DNA of 64,000 bases from contig OZ038379.1 of NCBI GenBank assembly GCA_964036045.1, positions 75,020,001 to 75,084,000 of the forward strand, read 5' to 3'. The stretch comes from Eutreptiella sp. 'Long Island Sound 2002'. Taxonomy: Eukaryota > Protista > Euglenida. Each line of letters begins with the position of its first letter. Position 1 is the first letter of the stretch. The notes below the pieces were generated by a model that saw only the letters and a program-made list of their open reading frames with translations, did not search any database and was not told the origin of the DNA. Below, piece by piece: positions 24,801 to 36,459 of this stretch. The translations under genes were made by a program, and so were the position numbers.

Positions 24801-25559
24801 CCGCTTGGCGTGCAGCGCCTCCCAGTACCTCTGGACCTCGCCGATGACGTACGAAGCCTCCAAGAGCACCTTCTCCGATTCCCGGACGCGTACTGACCAC
24901 AGGCCTGACGGGGCATAGTTCACCACGTTGATGGCCCCCCGGATCGCTGTCCATCGGAGCTGCAGATCCGGCACCCTGCCCCGCCAATAGTCCTTTATGG
25001 ACCTGCGCCCGTTGCTCCTGAGGACACCCCGCAGCTCCTCCACGCGAGTCTCGAGCTGGTGGAGCTGCCGGTCCTGGCGTGCAGGTCCTCCACGGTGGCG
25101 GGGGACAAGTCGGGGTCCACCTGTCGGAGGTGCCGCAGCAAGGCAGCCGCCTCCTGGGAGTGGAGCCCGGCCGTCGCCGCGTCCCGTTGCCACAGCTCAT
25201 GGGCGCGCCACGCTAGGGCCTGCTGATCTGAGAGGACCTGGGCCGCAGACGCCTCCGTCTCCGCCTGCCCATACGGATACTGCGGGTCCATGCCCGATGG
25301 CATGCGCACCCCCGTCACCCTGGACACGTCATCGCGGAAGGCATAGAGCAGGTCGAAGACCGCTGGCACCTCCAACGTGCCCATGGTGGCAGTGTCGTGG
25401 TCCGACGAGAGCCACGCCCGAAGCGTCCGATCCTCGCAGGCCTTCTGCAGCACTGCGGCCGCCGCCTCACGAACCCCCGGGGAGTCCGGGCGTATGGCGT
25501 GCAGCCTGCCTTGGGCGTGCGAGTAGGCCATCCTGGTGACCCTCTCTTTGTCGGCCACC

Positions 25560-26083
25560 GGCAGCGGGATGTCGAGGATCACGGGGCCATGGTCAGACCT
25601 CAGCGACGCAGGAGACCATCCCGGCGCTAGGTGCGGGTGCTCACGCACCGCCCACGGGACCAGTGGCGAGTTGAGCAGGAAGGAGGCCAGCCGATGCCCT
25701 GCTCTCGTGGGCCGCCTGTCCTCCTCCGCTACCGCTCCCGCCCTCTGGAACCCGCATTGCTCCCACGGAGCCTGGAACCTCTTCGTGGTGGGGTGTCCGG
25801 GGAACTCCGGCCACAGGTTGAAGTCCCCTCCGAGGAGCACGGCCCTCGTGCCTCCCGCGCTTTTGGCCCGCATACATGGCCACGCCAGCCCGAAAAAAAC
25901 GCCTTAGACGCCCAAGACTCACCACCACTGCCTGGACCGTGGATGTTGATGACCGTGAGGGTGCCACCCGCGGTCACCACATCAAGGGCCATGGCCTTGC
26001 CGGGCACGATGTCCAGGACGTCTCGAACCTCCTCCGCAGCGAACACGTCCGCTCGAAGGGCAATCAAGAGTCCGCCGCCCACC
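25560..26083 (-). pseudogene. LINE-A AP-like endonuclease, C-terminal half
   Basis: GGGLLIAL, INIHGP, GGDFN (25817-25831), RLASFLL (D to A) and SDHGPV (25589). Confidence 0.9.
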
Positions 26084-26399
26084 CACGGGGGGGGCCGTAG
26101 CGACGGGCCATACGCCGACTCCCTCCCACTCCCGGACCATTTTCAGGGCGGGGGGGGGGGGGGCTGGGTCTGGGGGGGCGGGGGGAGGGAGGGGGCTTGC
26201 CAAGAAAGGGGGAGGGGGGAGGCTTCATAGCCTGACAAACATGGCATAAGGTGACCGCCTCAACGCGGTATACACTTCGAAGCATGTATGTTGGAGAAAA
26301 ATTTTTGAAACAAGAGGGGGGCCTCAATTGGTCAGGTGTGGACCCGCCACTTAGCTCCAGCCGCGCCTGCCTCACGACCTTCATCGCCATCTCAGTTCC

Positions 26400-29040
26400 A
26401 TGATTGTCCGTGTCACGCAGACAGTGCTTTGCAGTTCGTCCCGTCCCTTGTCCTCGGATGGGGTAAGAGTCGGGCTGCTTCTACAGGGTTCAGGGCATTG
26501 TCGCCTTCGGACTGAGTTTGGGGCGTAGCATTTGTTGTGTCCCACTTTGGCTCTCACCGTCGCACTGGCATGCTCGCTTGCGCTGGCCCCTCTCGGCCAC
26601 ACACCTGTGTTTCCGGGTCACCTCGTCGTGGGGGGTGGGGCGGTCACAGGTCACCCTTGTGGGCCACTGCCACCGGCCCTGGGCTATTTAGGTCCTTAGG
26701 GTTTCAAAACCCCAGTGGGTACTGGCTTTTCGGGGGTCAACATACAGCCATACAGAGGGTGGGAAGGCTGGGCGGCGCCGAGGCGCCTGCATGTGTGGTG
26801 AGTGTGTTTGCGTGTGCGGTTGTTCCCTGTGCCAAGTTCCAGTACTTCTCAGAAGGCGGCCGCTGAAGTGGCAGCGCACCCGGCGTTTGCCGTGAGGGAG
26901 GTGGTTCGAGTCCCGGGATCGGTGGTCTCCCACCGATCCCTTCGAATACCGGACGGGACCTCCCATCGGCTTGTTCGAGTACAGGTGGCGGCGCGCACTG
27001 CTGCAGGTGTGTGTGGTTCCTGCATGTCTCTTTTTGGGGGTTGGGGCAAAACGGACGAGACCTCCACCCGATCCACCGGTACCGGTGGTGGCGCGGGTTG
27101 CTGTAGGGGGGGGTGGTTCCCACGACGCCGACTAGAGAGCTCTACGTGCAGGGAACCCAAGAGCACCAGCTCCCGGGATCGAACCCCCGCACTGGACGAC
27201 TGAAGACTACCGCTCTCACTACTGGGCCGTGCCGGTCTCTTGCCCTGTTTGGGGTTTGTGACGCTCTTGGAGTCTGAACCTATGGGGGTGTGGGCTCGCG
27301 TGCATTATGGCGTGCCAAACAAAGGGCGGCTGGGGTCCGGTGTTCCACACCGTGAGCCCTCCGTGCTGCACGTGATCGTGGAGGCCGTTGCTAGTGATCT
27401 AGGTGCCAGCCAGGGCTCGTTACAGCTGCCTGGGGGGGAGGGGGGGGCTGACGAGGGGAAGAGTTCCTGCCTGACGTCACGCATTGGTGTTTGCCGTGGT
27501 GAGCGGGAGACCGCCCGCGACCTCCATCCAGAGGCCGGGTCAGTACAGCCTGGTGAGTGGCGTGGTCTCTTGGAGGCTGGGGTGCAGTCCTCGACTTCCA
27601 GCAGTGGAGTAACTCCCTGTCTGCGGGGGGTCGAGGGGGGGGGTGTGCCACGAGGAGGCGGGCTGGCCGCCCGCTACTCCGGAGAAAACATGGTTTGCTC
27701 ATCCAGGTCGGACTCGTCTTCCTGATCCTGTGCCTGCCCTTCGTGCTGTGGGCGCCGGGCCGAGGTGACATACCCTCGGAGGAGGGGGGATTTGCGGCGG
27801 CCCATGTCAGCCAGTGTGTCCGCGTGTGTGTTCCCTACAATGCCAACGTGTGAGGGGACATGCAGCCAGCGTACCGCTGCCCGAGGAGTTGCTCCCACAG
27901 GTCCACGTGGCCCACCGGCCACCGCGAACCTTGCCAGTCATGGCGCCGCCATTTGCTGGCTTTGCCTGTGGCCCCCATGACCACAAGTTTTGAATCAGAG
28001 CAGATCAGTGTGCGCTTGTGCTGTGTCCTATGGCGAATGGCATGTATGGCCGCGAGGAGCTCTCCCCTGTTATTTGTTTGTTTCTGAGTGATGGGGATGC
28101 AATGTGCCGTGTCCCGGTGATCCCCGAAATATACCCCAAACGCTCCCACCATTCCCGCCTCCGGATGGACCTCCGATGAGCCGTCGGGGTAGATGGCTTC
28201 CCATCCCTCCGCTACATACTCATCAATGACTTTCTGATGCGCCTCCGCCATCGCTGGACCATACATGTCTTTTTTGCGTTTCCTGGGCCGCGGGTTGCGG
28301 AGCCTGGGGGGGGATGGGGGGGGTTGGCTGAGCCTGGGGTGCTACAAGTTTCCTATTTCCCATGAGGGATGCGATTGCTCGGTGCATGTCCCGCACTTCG
28401 GGCGTGGGGAGGGTTGGAGCTGGGTGCTCGTACCATCGCGCAAGAATGCACAGCCACTGTGTGAGGAATATGTCCCATGTTGGGGGGGTGTCTCGGAATT
28501 TGACCGCATTGCGCAGGTTCCAGGATGCCATAACCGCGGTCCACATGATCAGCCCTAGCGGGCTCTGGAGGGATAGAACTGGCATGTCCCACAGGAGGAC
28601 CTGTGGGTCTGTTTCCGTGGTATCCTCGAATATCGCTGGCCCCATGCATTGTTCCGCAATGTGATACGCGGGGGGGAGGAACCGGCACTCCAGAAGCGCA
28701 TGTCGCATGTCTTCTGGTTTGCCATCCACCAGGCAGTGTGTGTGCTGAGGGAGCCAGTTGGCGAGTCAGGTCCCCACTGGGAGTTTTTTCCACAGTGCGG
28801 TCTGTATGAAAGAGTGGTGTTTGGGCGGTATCGATAGCTTGGTCCAGGCCTGCCAGGTTTCCGGTGTTTGACGGGGGTCCGGGGGTTCCTGACGCATCAG
28901 GTACCTGAGCATGGGCCTTGTATTCCAACCCCCCCAGAAAATGGCCGATGTTTCTTGTGGTGGTGTCATCTATGGTCGGGGCCAGGCCTGTCCCAGCTGG
29001 GCCTTGTACCTCGGGGCCCATGTGGGCGGCAGTCTCTCCT
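26400..29040 (-). mobile_element. 5'-truncated L1/Tx1-like LINE fragment (zf-RVT, then RNase H1, then P/S-rich tail) nested in the TIR element; 3' boundary approximate
   Basis: WTKLSIPPKHHSFIQTALWKKLPVGT, CLVDGKPEDMRHALLEC and SWNLRNAVKF are zf-RVT-type motifs; unrelated in sequence to LINE-A. Confidence 0.8.
27800..28195 (-). pseudogene. RNase H1-like domain (cellular/eukaryotic type) of the nested L1/Tx1 fragment, frameshifted near 27880
   Basis: YPDGSS (28183), QTNNRGELLAAI (28060), SDSKLVV (27994), WRRHDW, VDLWEQL, WLHVPSHVGIVGNTHADTLA (27818). Confidence 0.92.
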
Positions 29041-29130
29041 GCAGGTCCGGGGGGGGGGGGGGGCATGGTAGGTGGTACTTTTGTTTAAGGGCATAGCACC
29101 CCCGAGTCCATTCCCGGCCACTATTTCTAG

Positions 29131-29401
29131 GCGGAAATGCTACATCACCCCTGCATTCTCGGGGATCCCCAAAGAGAGGGGGACAAAATCAAAATAGGTG
29201 GGGCCCACAAGTGGGCGGAAATGCTACATCACCCCTGCATTCTCGGGGATCCCCAAAGAGAGGGGGACAAAATGAGAATAGGTGGGGCCCACCAGTGGGC
29301 GATAATGCTACATCACCCCTGCATTCTCGGGGATCCCCAAAGAGAGGGGGACAAAATCAGAATAGGGGGGGCCCACAAGTGGGCGATAATGCTACATCAC
29401 C
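29131..29401. repeat. 84-bp tandem repeat, ~3.2 copies
   Basis: GCG(G/AT)AATGCTACATCAC at 29131, 29215, 29299 and 29383. Confidence 0.95.
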
Positions 29402-29573
29402 AAGGCGGACAAAATCAGAATTGGATGCCTAAACCCTGCCTTTCTGGGAGGCCCACAAGTGGGCAGAAATCGTGCATTCGGGGGGGTCCCAAACAAAGAG
29501 GATAAAGGCAAAAAAAAAGCAAAAAAAACCGTTCCCATGGTGTCCCTGGTCCTGCCTATGGTCTTGCAGATTG

Positions 29574-29641
29574 ACGCCACTGGGGTTTGAACCAAGGACT
29601 TTCGAGTTGCAGGGCACTGCTTTACCACTAGGGCAGGGCCC
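29574..29641 (-). mobile_element. tRNA-Cys(GCA)-derived SINE head, with the 84-bp repeats downstream
   Basis: Minus strand shows A box CTAGTGGTAAAGC, loop CTGCAAC and B box GGTTCAAACCC. Anticodon and acceptor stems are broken. Confidence 0.7.
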
Positions 29642-29904
29642 ATCTCTGACATACCTCTGCACAGGAGTGGTGTGGACATGTGGTCCAAGTTGGTTTTCAT
29701 CCACTATTGGGTTCTCCTAAAATAACTGAGTATTTTGAGTATAGACACATGGGGCAAAAACCCAATTTTTCACCCTCTACTAAGTCAAGCAAAATTTCCT
29801 TAGGGCGCCTTTGGCGCCCATGGTCCGGCACTTCCGGGCCAAAACCCGGCAGGGAGGGGGGGGGGGGTCGGCGTAAAGGGTCCGGTCCCAGCGGCCCCCC
29901 CGTG

Positions 29905-30150
29905 CGCGCACCGCCGCCGCCGACGCCGCCTGGGCATCCAACCCCGGGAATGCATGATACCGATGGTGACGCCACCGATTCTCCGAGTGCACCACGCCTT
30001 GGGGGTCCTGCAGGCCTGTCTCCTGGAAGAGGCCCAGGATGGCACCCTGAGCCTTCAAAAAGCCCGCCCTCACCGCCTCACCGTCGAGCATACCCGGGGC
30101 TACTAGTACGCCGTCCCCCCGCATCGAGCCCTGGACGTTCCAGAACACCG
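29905..30150 (-). pseudogene. LINE-A AP-like endonuclease, N-terminal half
   Basis: FWNVQGS (30127-30148), FQETGL (~30020) and HRYHAF. Confidence 0.88.
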
Positions 30151-32029
30151 CCGCCCGGGTGTCGGAGGCGGGGCCCCTTCACGGCTGTGCCGCTGGACCA
30201 GGGTCCCTCGCTGGATCCGGGTCATTGGACGGAGGTAGAACACCCGCGCCCGGCGCGGGCGGTTGGTGAGGTGACCCTGCTCCCGCCGATCACCATCTGA
30301 GGGGGCCGCCGCCGGTTGTGATCCACCAGACATAGCAGCTGATCCCGCGGCTCCACTGCCCGACGCACTTGCCCCCGTGCCTCCGTAGAAGACGCTGCTG
30401 CAGACCCGCCTGCCCCACTCTGTGCTGCCGACTGCGATGCCCCTTGCCCCCCCGCACGGGCCCTCATGGGCAACGCGAGCGTTCTGGACTTTGCTTGGGC
30501 CGATGCGAAAGGCCCCGCTTGGCCTCCGGGCATAATGCCGGCAAGCATGGCCATCGCCTGGTCCCGTTGAGCTGGGTCGGACCCATGATCCCACAGCAGG
30601 TGGTCCAGAAGGTCCCTGGGGTGGAGGTGGGCGGGCCGGCAGTGCTTGCCGGCTCGCCACGAGCGGCGACCAGCTCCATCAAGCCGGGATCAGGGACAGA
30701 CGTTGATCTCCTTCGACCCACGCTGCTCCGTGGCCAGTTGGCCGCCGAAGTGCTGCAGCACGTACCAAATGTTGGTATAGCTGCCGTACTGGTCTGGGGG
30801 GCTCTGCTTGGGAGGCGGCTTCGGCGCTGTCTTCGGAAACGGTTTTGCCACGGTGGCGAGGGGGGGGGCGGAGGCCGAACCGGTGGCACGCCGGGCGGCT
30901 GCGGTATGTGCAGCATCCTCCCCACGGGAAACTGCTCCTCCACCCAGCGGGGCCAAGCGTCGGCGAACTTCTCCCGGTCGCCCTGGACCTTCCAGTTGGA
31001 CGTGGAGAACGCCTGGAGCCACGGCCCCATGTTCTCCGCCATAACCAGGCGGAGGGCATCTCATCCGCTCTGCCTGCGGAAGCGCATCGCGGCTGAGCCC
31101 ACCACGGTCCCCTAGAGGTACAGCGCCGTGCCTCCGTCGCCACTCAGGGCACCAAGGTGCAGGGCCTCCAGCTCAGCGGGGCGGACCGTGAGCGCCGTGC
31201 CCTCCCCGCGATAGTACACACGCAGTGCCGAGGAGTGGGGCTCCAGCGCCACAACGACCCGACACCACGCCCACGACCCACTGTGCAGCAGCGCCAGCAA
31301 GGCTGCAGGCCTGTTGCTGGAGGACTGCACCGTTGGTGCCCCGGGGAGGGCCGTCGCCCGACCCGGTAGCGCCCTGCACATGGCAGCCGCATGCTCAGCC
31401 TGCCACATGTTGCTTGGGGCTACAGGCCAGACGTCCTGCCCCTGGACCTTCGGTGGTCGCGTTACCTCCACCAACACAGCCGGCGCTTGTGGGAGGTCCC
31501 CGGTCGTGCACCTGTGCGCCCTGCGCACGGGGCCCAGTGACCGGAGGCATTCCTTGAACACCCTGTAGCAGGCCGGGCCCCTTGACTGCTGCCTCCTGCG
31601 CCGGCACGCGGTGACGACGACCCATTCCAGCCCCCTTGCTTCCACCCGAACACAGGCCCAATACGCCGCCCCTTCCAACACCACCAGCTTCCCCATTGCC
31701 GCCATGCCCACCGTACGGGTGGGAGGCACGCCCTCCACGTGCAACCACCGCCTGGCATTCTCCTCCCACGGCTGGGGGGCATGCATCTGCTGCTGTTGCA
31801 TCGCATCCGTCACGTGCTGCAGGGAGACCGTCATCAGCATGGACGTACCCCCATCCGCCGCGGCCATACTGAGCAAGGCATGCTGCATGCGCGCCCCGGG
31901 CAACCCCACGTGGTGCGGGATGTCCGCCACGTTCAAGGGCGTGCGGGGCGCCGGTAGGGCCTTCTAAACCGCAGCGGGCAACTCCCCCAGCGACGGTAGA
32001 CGTGTGATGGGCCCCATGTCCCTGTTGAG

Positions 32030-32450
32030 GACCACCGCCGCCACCCACCGCCTGTCCAGCGTGGACAGGAGGTTGCCCGGCCTCGGCACCCCGAGAAGGG
32101 TACCGAGGGCGGACATGAGGGCGCCCACGCCACAGTCCTTGTCGTTGCTGGCCGGCTGCTACACCTGCGCCGCCTGGGCCGTCGCGAGCAGGTGCTGTGC
32201 ACCCGGCCACTCCGCCCTCTGGCCCCTGGGCGCCATGCGCATCGTCCGGACCGCCATGTCTGAGGTGTGCGTCCATTGGGGCGGGGCCTCTGCCATCACA
32301 GGCTGGTCCAGCGGGTTCACGGTCAACCGCATGTCGGGGGCCAGGGGGTGGTGGGCGGTCCAGTGCCGCATGCCCGGCGTTTCCAACCGGTCGCGGTACA
32401 GGACCTCCGAGCTGCCCAGCTCGACGTACCTCGCAATGAGGAGGGCAGCC
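32030..32450 (-). pseudogene. LINE-A Ulp1/SENP (C48)-like cysteine protease domain
   Basis: RHWT (His at 32363), TVNPLD (expected DPL), V*QPASNDKDCGVGAL (Cys at 32132, read through TAG at 32159) and C-terminal RRWVAAVVL. Confidence 0.65.
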
Positions 32451-33823
32451 GGGGTTTGATCATGCCTCCGGCGCTCCCACCCTTCCCTCGGGAGCTTCAT
32501 GGCGTGGGGGGCCAGTCACTGCGCCACATCGGCGACCAGCACGACCGCGTCGTCGCTGAGCTTCACTGTTGGGTCCGCGGCCACCAAGAAGTGGTGCCTA
32601 GGCCCGGGCTTGCTCCCGGCGGCGTACAAGCCTTCCACGGCGCTCCGCATCTCAACAGGCGGGGGAGAGGCGTCTCCGCAGTCCCGTAGCCAGGGGAGTG
32701 CGCCCGGGAGATGCTGTCTTGCTCCCCCTGATCAGATGGTGGCCCTAAGGACCGGCAAGTCGCGCCAGATGGCCGGAGCGACCGGATCGCGCCAGGACTG
32801 AGGCCTTTCGGTCCCCCATTGGAGGACAGCCACCACCACATGCGTGGTCAAGGGCTCCGCCGTGAGCTGCAACGCCACTCCTCCGTCCTTCTCGATCACT
32901 CTGCCCCGCGGGGCAGTGAAGATGTGGCCCCCGGTCCCACGGACGGTTACCCGTCCCAACAAGTCCGCCACGGTTTCCCCGCTGGGATGGGGGCCGGACT
33001 TCTTGGGCGGGCATCGGCTGTTGGCGGCCCATACGCGCCACTCCACTCTGACCATACGCTCATGGCCAGGAGGCCGGAAAGTCCTATGGCATGCGTCTGG
33101 GAGTTGGCGATGGACGGCGGTCCATACGTCAGCTCCCTCAGCCCGCGTGAATTGGAGCCCCTCCAGGATGTCTCTTTCCACAGGACTGGGGAGGCGGGCA
33201 GTACGAACCTCCAGTCCCTACCCCAGGTGTAGTCCTGGCCCCTCTCGATCCCCCAGCAGCCGGACCACCGTGTCCGCGGCTGCAAGCCGGGCCGCCACCG
33301 TGGGAAGGTGCAGGGAGACAGTCCATGGCTGGGCTGAGACAGGCTGGCGTGGAAGGTCAGGGCAGGCCGCCACAGCACTGCCATCCCTTGCCTAGTGGAG
33401 CGTCCTGTCCCACCATTGCGCCAAGGTACTAGGCGCCGTTGGCAGTGACCAGGACAGGTACGTCACGACGGCCTTAGCCTGCCACTCGTGCGGGTCCATG
33501 CTGGCAGGATGCGTGTGCCAGGTGCACACCCATCCCAGGTTGGCCTCCTGGATGGCGACCATGTCCCTCCAAGGGACCACCGGGAACGGCGTGAGCAGGG
33601 CCGCCATGCCACACGGCAGCGCCACCGCCCACTCGGTCCTGCCCTCGCATGCCACCGCATATCCCACCGCTGGGAGCCCCCCTCCTTGTGCCCTTTCCAC
33701 CACTTCACGCATCAGCGTCCCGTGGCTCTGGGCACGGCTCAGGCTGAGGGCCCCCACGCGGGCAATGGCCTGAAGGATCAGGAGCACATCCTGGGGTACA
33801 CCCTGCGGCACTGGCGGCTCGGG

Positions 33824-33880
33824 GTGGGCGTATCGGCAGACGTCTGCCCGCATGCACCACCCTTTGGCCCAGTGCCTGCA
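33824..33880 (-). pseudogene. LINE-A CCCH zinc finger
   Basis: CRHWAKGWCMRADVCRYAH (C-x7-C-x5-C-x3-H). Confidence 0.92.
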
Positions 33881-34816
33881 GGTTTCCATCTCCCGCGTCT
33901 TGGGCCCAGCCCTGTCCGCTACTCCCATCTCCTGTGGTCCCACGTCATGCACCTCCTTCACCCACACGATCTCCAGTTCCTCCTCTTCCTCCATGGCTTC
34001 CTGCGCTCTGCCGCTGTCCCTACGCTAGTCCTCCTCTTCCATCGCTTCCGTCGCCGGCGGCGGGCCGGCCGCAGCCATGATCGTCGCCAGGGCCGCCTCC
34101 ACATGGGCCTTCACGGCCACCTCCTCAGTCACCTCCGGCGGGCCCTATTACTGCTCCTCCTCCGCGGGCCGCTCCTCCTCTGCTACGTCAGCCTCATGGC
34201 CCGCCGCCTCATCTCCCCCCACCGGGACCGCGTGCGGTTCGGGTCCTCCGTAGCCTCCGCCCGAGTCTAGGCGCATGCCCACCACCACCAGCAGCCCGGG
34301 GTCGCCGCCACAGCTCTCAAGGCGGTAGCTGCTGGAGGTGGGGACAAGGACCGCGCTGTCAGTGGCGAGCAGCAGGCGGTCCGTGCCGTGTTCCCGGAAT
34401 ACGACCTCCACGCCCTCGGGGTGCATCGCCACCAGGAGCGCATGGGACCCTAGCGCTGGGGGCGTGAGGGGCCGCACGGTGAGCTCGCGGCGCCATGCGT
34501 CAGCCCCAACCCGCCATAGGGCCACGTACAGGCCGCTGTCCCGACGCACATCCTCCAGCCCCGCCTTGTCGAGCAGGCGCCCTACCGAAAGGCGCACCGG
34601 CGGGGGGAGGCCTTCCTACGGCTCAGCAGCCGGGACCTTACCGGGGTGGTAATCCAGGACCGCCGCATCCCCCAGTTGGATGCAGCGGACATGGGCATCG
34701 TCCGGGGACTCGGCCACCAAGCTCTTCTCCTTGGCGACCTTTCCCAGGTGCTGGTACTCGTAGCGCTCAAGAGCGCCCTCCAGCAACGCCGCCTTTCGCC
34801 TCCCCGTACCCGTGAG

Positions 34817-35884
34817 CTAGTGCCTGTGGGCACCCTCGGCCGCATGAAACCTGCAGTGCCGCTGCTCACAACTCCCCAAGGTAGGGGGCGGCACCGCGGT
34901 GGGCATGGGCAGCAGCGGCGCGTTCGCCGGGTCCACGTCCATGCCGGCGTAGACGTCGGGCCCGGTGTCATCCTCGTACATGAGGGCCAGCGGCGCCTCG
35001 CCGGGCCCGTACGCCTCTTCATCCCCCACGCTCTCCGCCTCCTGCACTCCCTCCCCTTCTCCCCCAGCCGCAATCACCGCCGGCGGCGTTTCCGGTCGCG
35101 GGGGAAAGGGCGCCAGAGGCCGCTCATCAGCGCCCCCGCCCCTCGCCGCCTCCACCGCGTCCAGCCGTGCGGGCAGGTTGTCGGGCAACCGGGCACCGCT
35201 GGTGCCTGCGTTGAGGTCCATGCTGTACACCAGCCCCGCCGGGCACGGCTCTCCGGGTGCCACCTTGCGCCATTCCCTCCACTCCCACATCCAGTCCTCC
35301 ATTCCTTCAACCTCTGCACGCTCCCCGCTTGGCTCTACGGCCCCATTGCCTGCCGCCCTCTCCTCCATCTCCGTCACTCCCCGCTTAGTACCGGACCCCT
35401 CCGAGCCGGCCTCCTGCGACCGCTCCTCTTTGGCCTCTTCCGCCCTCGGGGTGACATCGGCCAGTGCTTGCGCGATCAGCTCGCCAACGTCAGCCTCCTT
35501 CCCCGCTGCCGCCTGCACGGCCCCCTCGCCTCCCGCGACTTCCCGTCGGTACGTGTCCAGAGCGTGCGCGAGTAGCTCGCTGATGTCTGGTGGGGGGGCC
35601 GCGGCCGCATCCTGCGCCGCAGGTGCCGCCTGCACCTCCGCTGGAAGTCCCCTCATGGGGGGCGCGTCCTGCACCCCGTGCGCTGGGGGCGGACCAGCCA
35701 GTACCGGCACGGGTCCTCCCGGTACCACAAGCGCATGCGGAGCCCCTTGTGGCATGGCCGACTCAGCTCGGGGCTCCGGTGCCGGTGTCGCCCGCGGAGG
35801 TGTACACGCGGCAGCGGGTCCCGCCAAGGGCACCGTCAGGGGTGGCCCAGTCGGCGGCGCCCCCGTCGTCCGAACGGGAGCCAT
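34817..35884 (-). pseudogene. LINE-A N-terminal P/A/E-rich region containing a SIL1-N-like motif (35184-35273)
   Basis: 355-aa ORF with EWRKVAPGEPCPAGLVYSMDLNAGTSGARL. Confidence 0.6.
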
Positions 35885-36459
35885 CCCCCCTGCCGTGTCT
35901 TGGGATACTTACCATCACCATACACAACACCATGTGGCACAACAACACCCCCGGCAACAACCACAACATGCGTTCGCTCCGCCGCCACAACATGCGGTGC
36001 CGGTCCCCCCAACAGCGCAGGTGGGGGGTCCAACAGCGAGTGCACTCAGTGCGCGGGCGACGCCCGCGCCCCCGTCATCTCCTACACCGGGGCTGGGAGT
36101 GCAGCAGCCGGCGGAGTCGTACGGAGAGGCGCAGCGCGTAATGGATGCGGAATTGTGGCAAAGCAGTCGGGTGTACTTGTTGGGGTGGGAAATGATGCTG
36201 CATCAGGGGGAACCCCAAAGGGTGGTGGAAGAGGTGATGGTGATGGATTTGGTGCTGGTGATGGGCGCCAAAAGGCGGGAACAGCAGAGGCATGAGGCCT
36301 GGGGGCGGAGGCATCAGAAATAGGTGCCCTCCCGGTACCGCATACCCGGGCCAACTCGCCGCCGGCCCCATCGGGTCCGCCCGCGCTGCGCGTCCTCGAG
36401 CTGCCCGAGATCATCTTGTAGACGTCGGAGTAGTCGGTTGAGCAAGTGTACCCCGAATG

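Larger units (their letters stand above)
26084..29904. mobile_element. 3821-bp non-autonomous DNA element with imperfect ~38-bp TIRs and an 8-bp TSD, inserted into the LINE-A endonuclease
   Basis: Ends are CACGGGGGGGGCCG and CGGCCCCCCCGTG. Flanks CGCCCACC (26076-26083) and CGCGCACC (29905-29912) match at 7 of 8 positions. Excision restores the frame LDAQAASAAAVGGGLLIAL. Confidence 0.88.

Noticed and set aside
29574-29641. Functional tRNA-Cys gene (likewise a tRNA-Thr at 9076-9146)
   Set aside because: Acceptor, D and anticodon stems do not pair; only the promoter boxes and loops survive.
19647-35884. Stop-codon reassignment, suggested by many in-frame TAG/TGA in LINE-A
   Set aside because: Stops are not shared between copies (QFL* vs QFLE; DDA* vs DDAL) and the UPF2 exons have none, so they are inactivating mutations.
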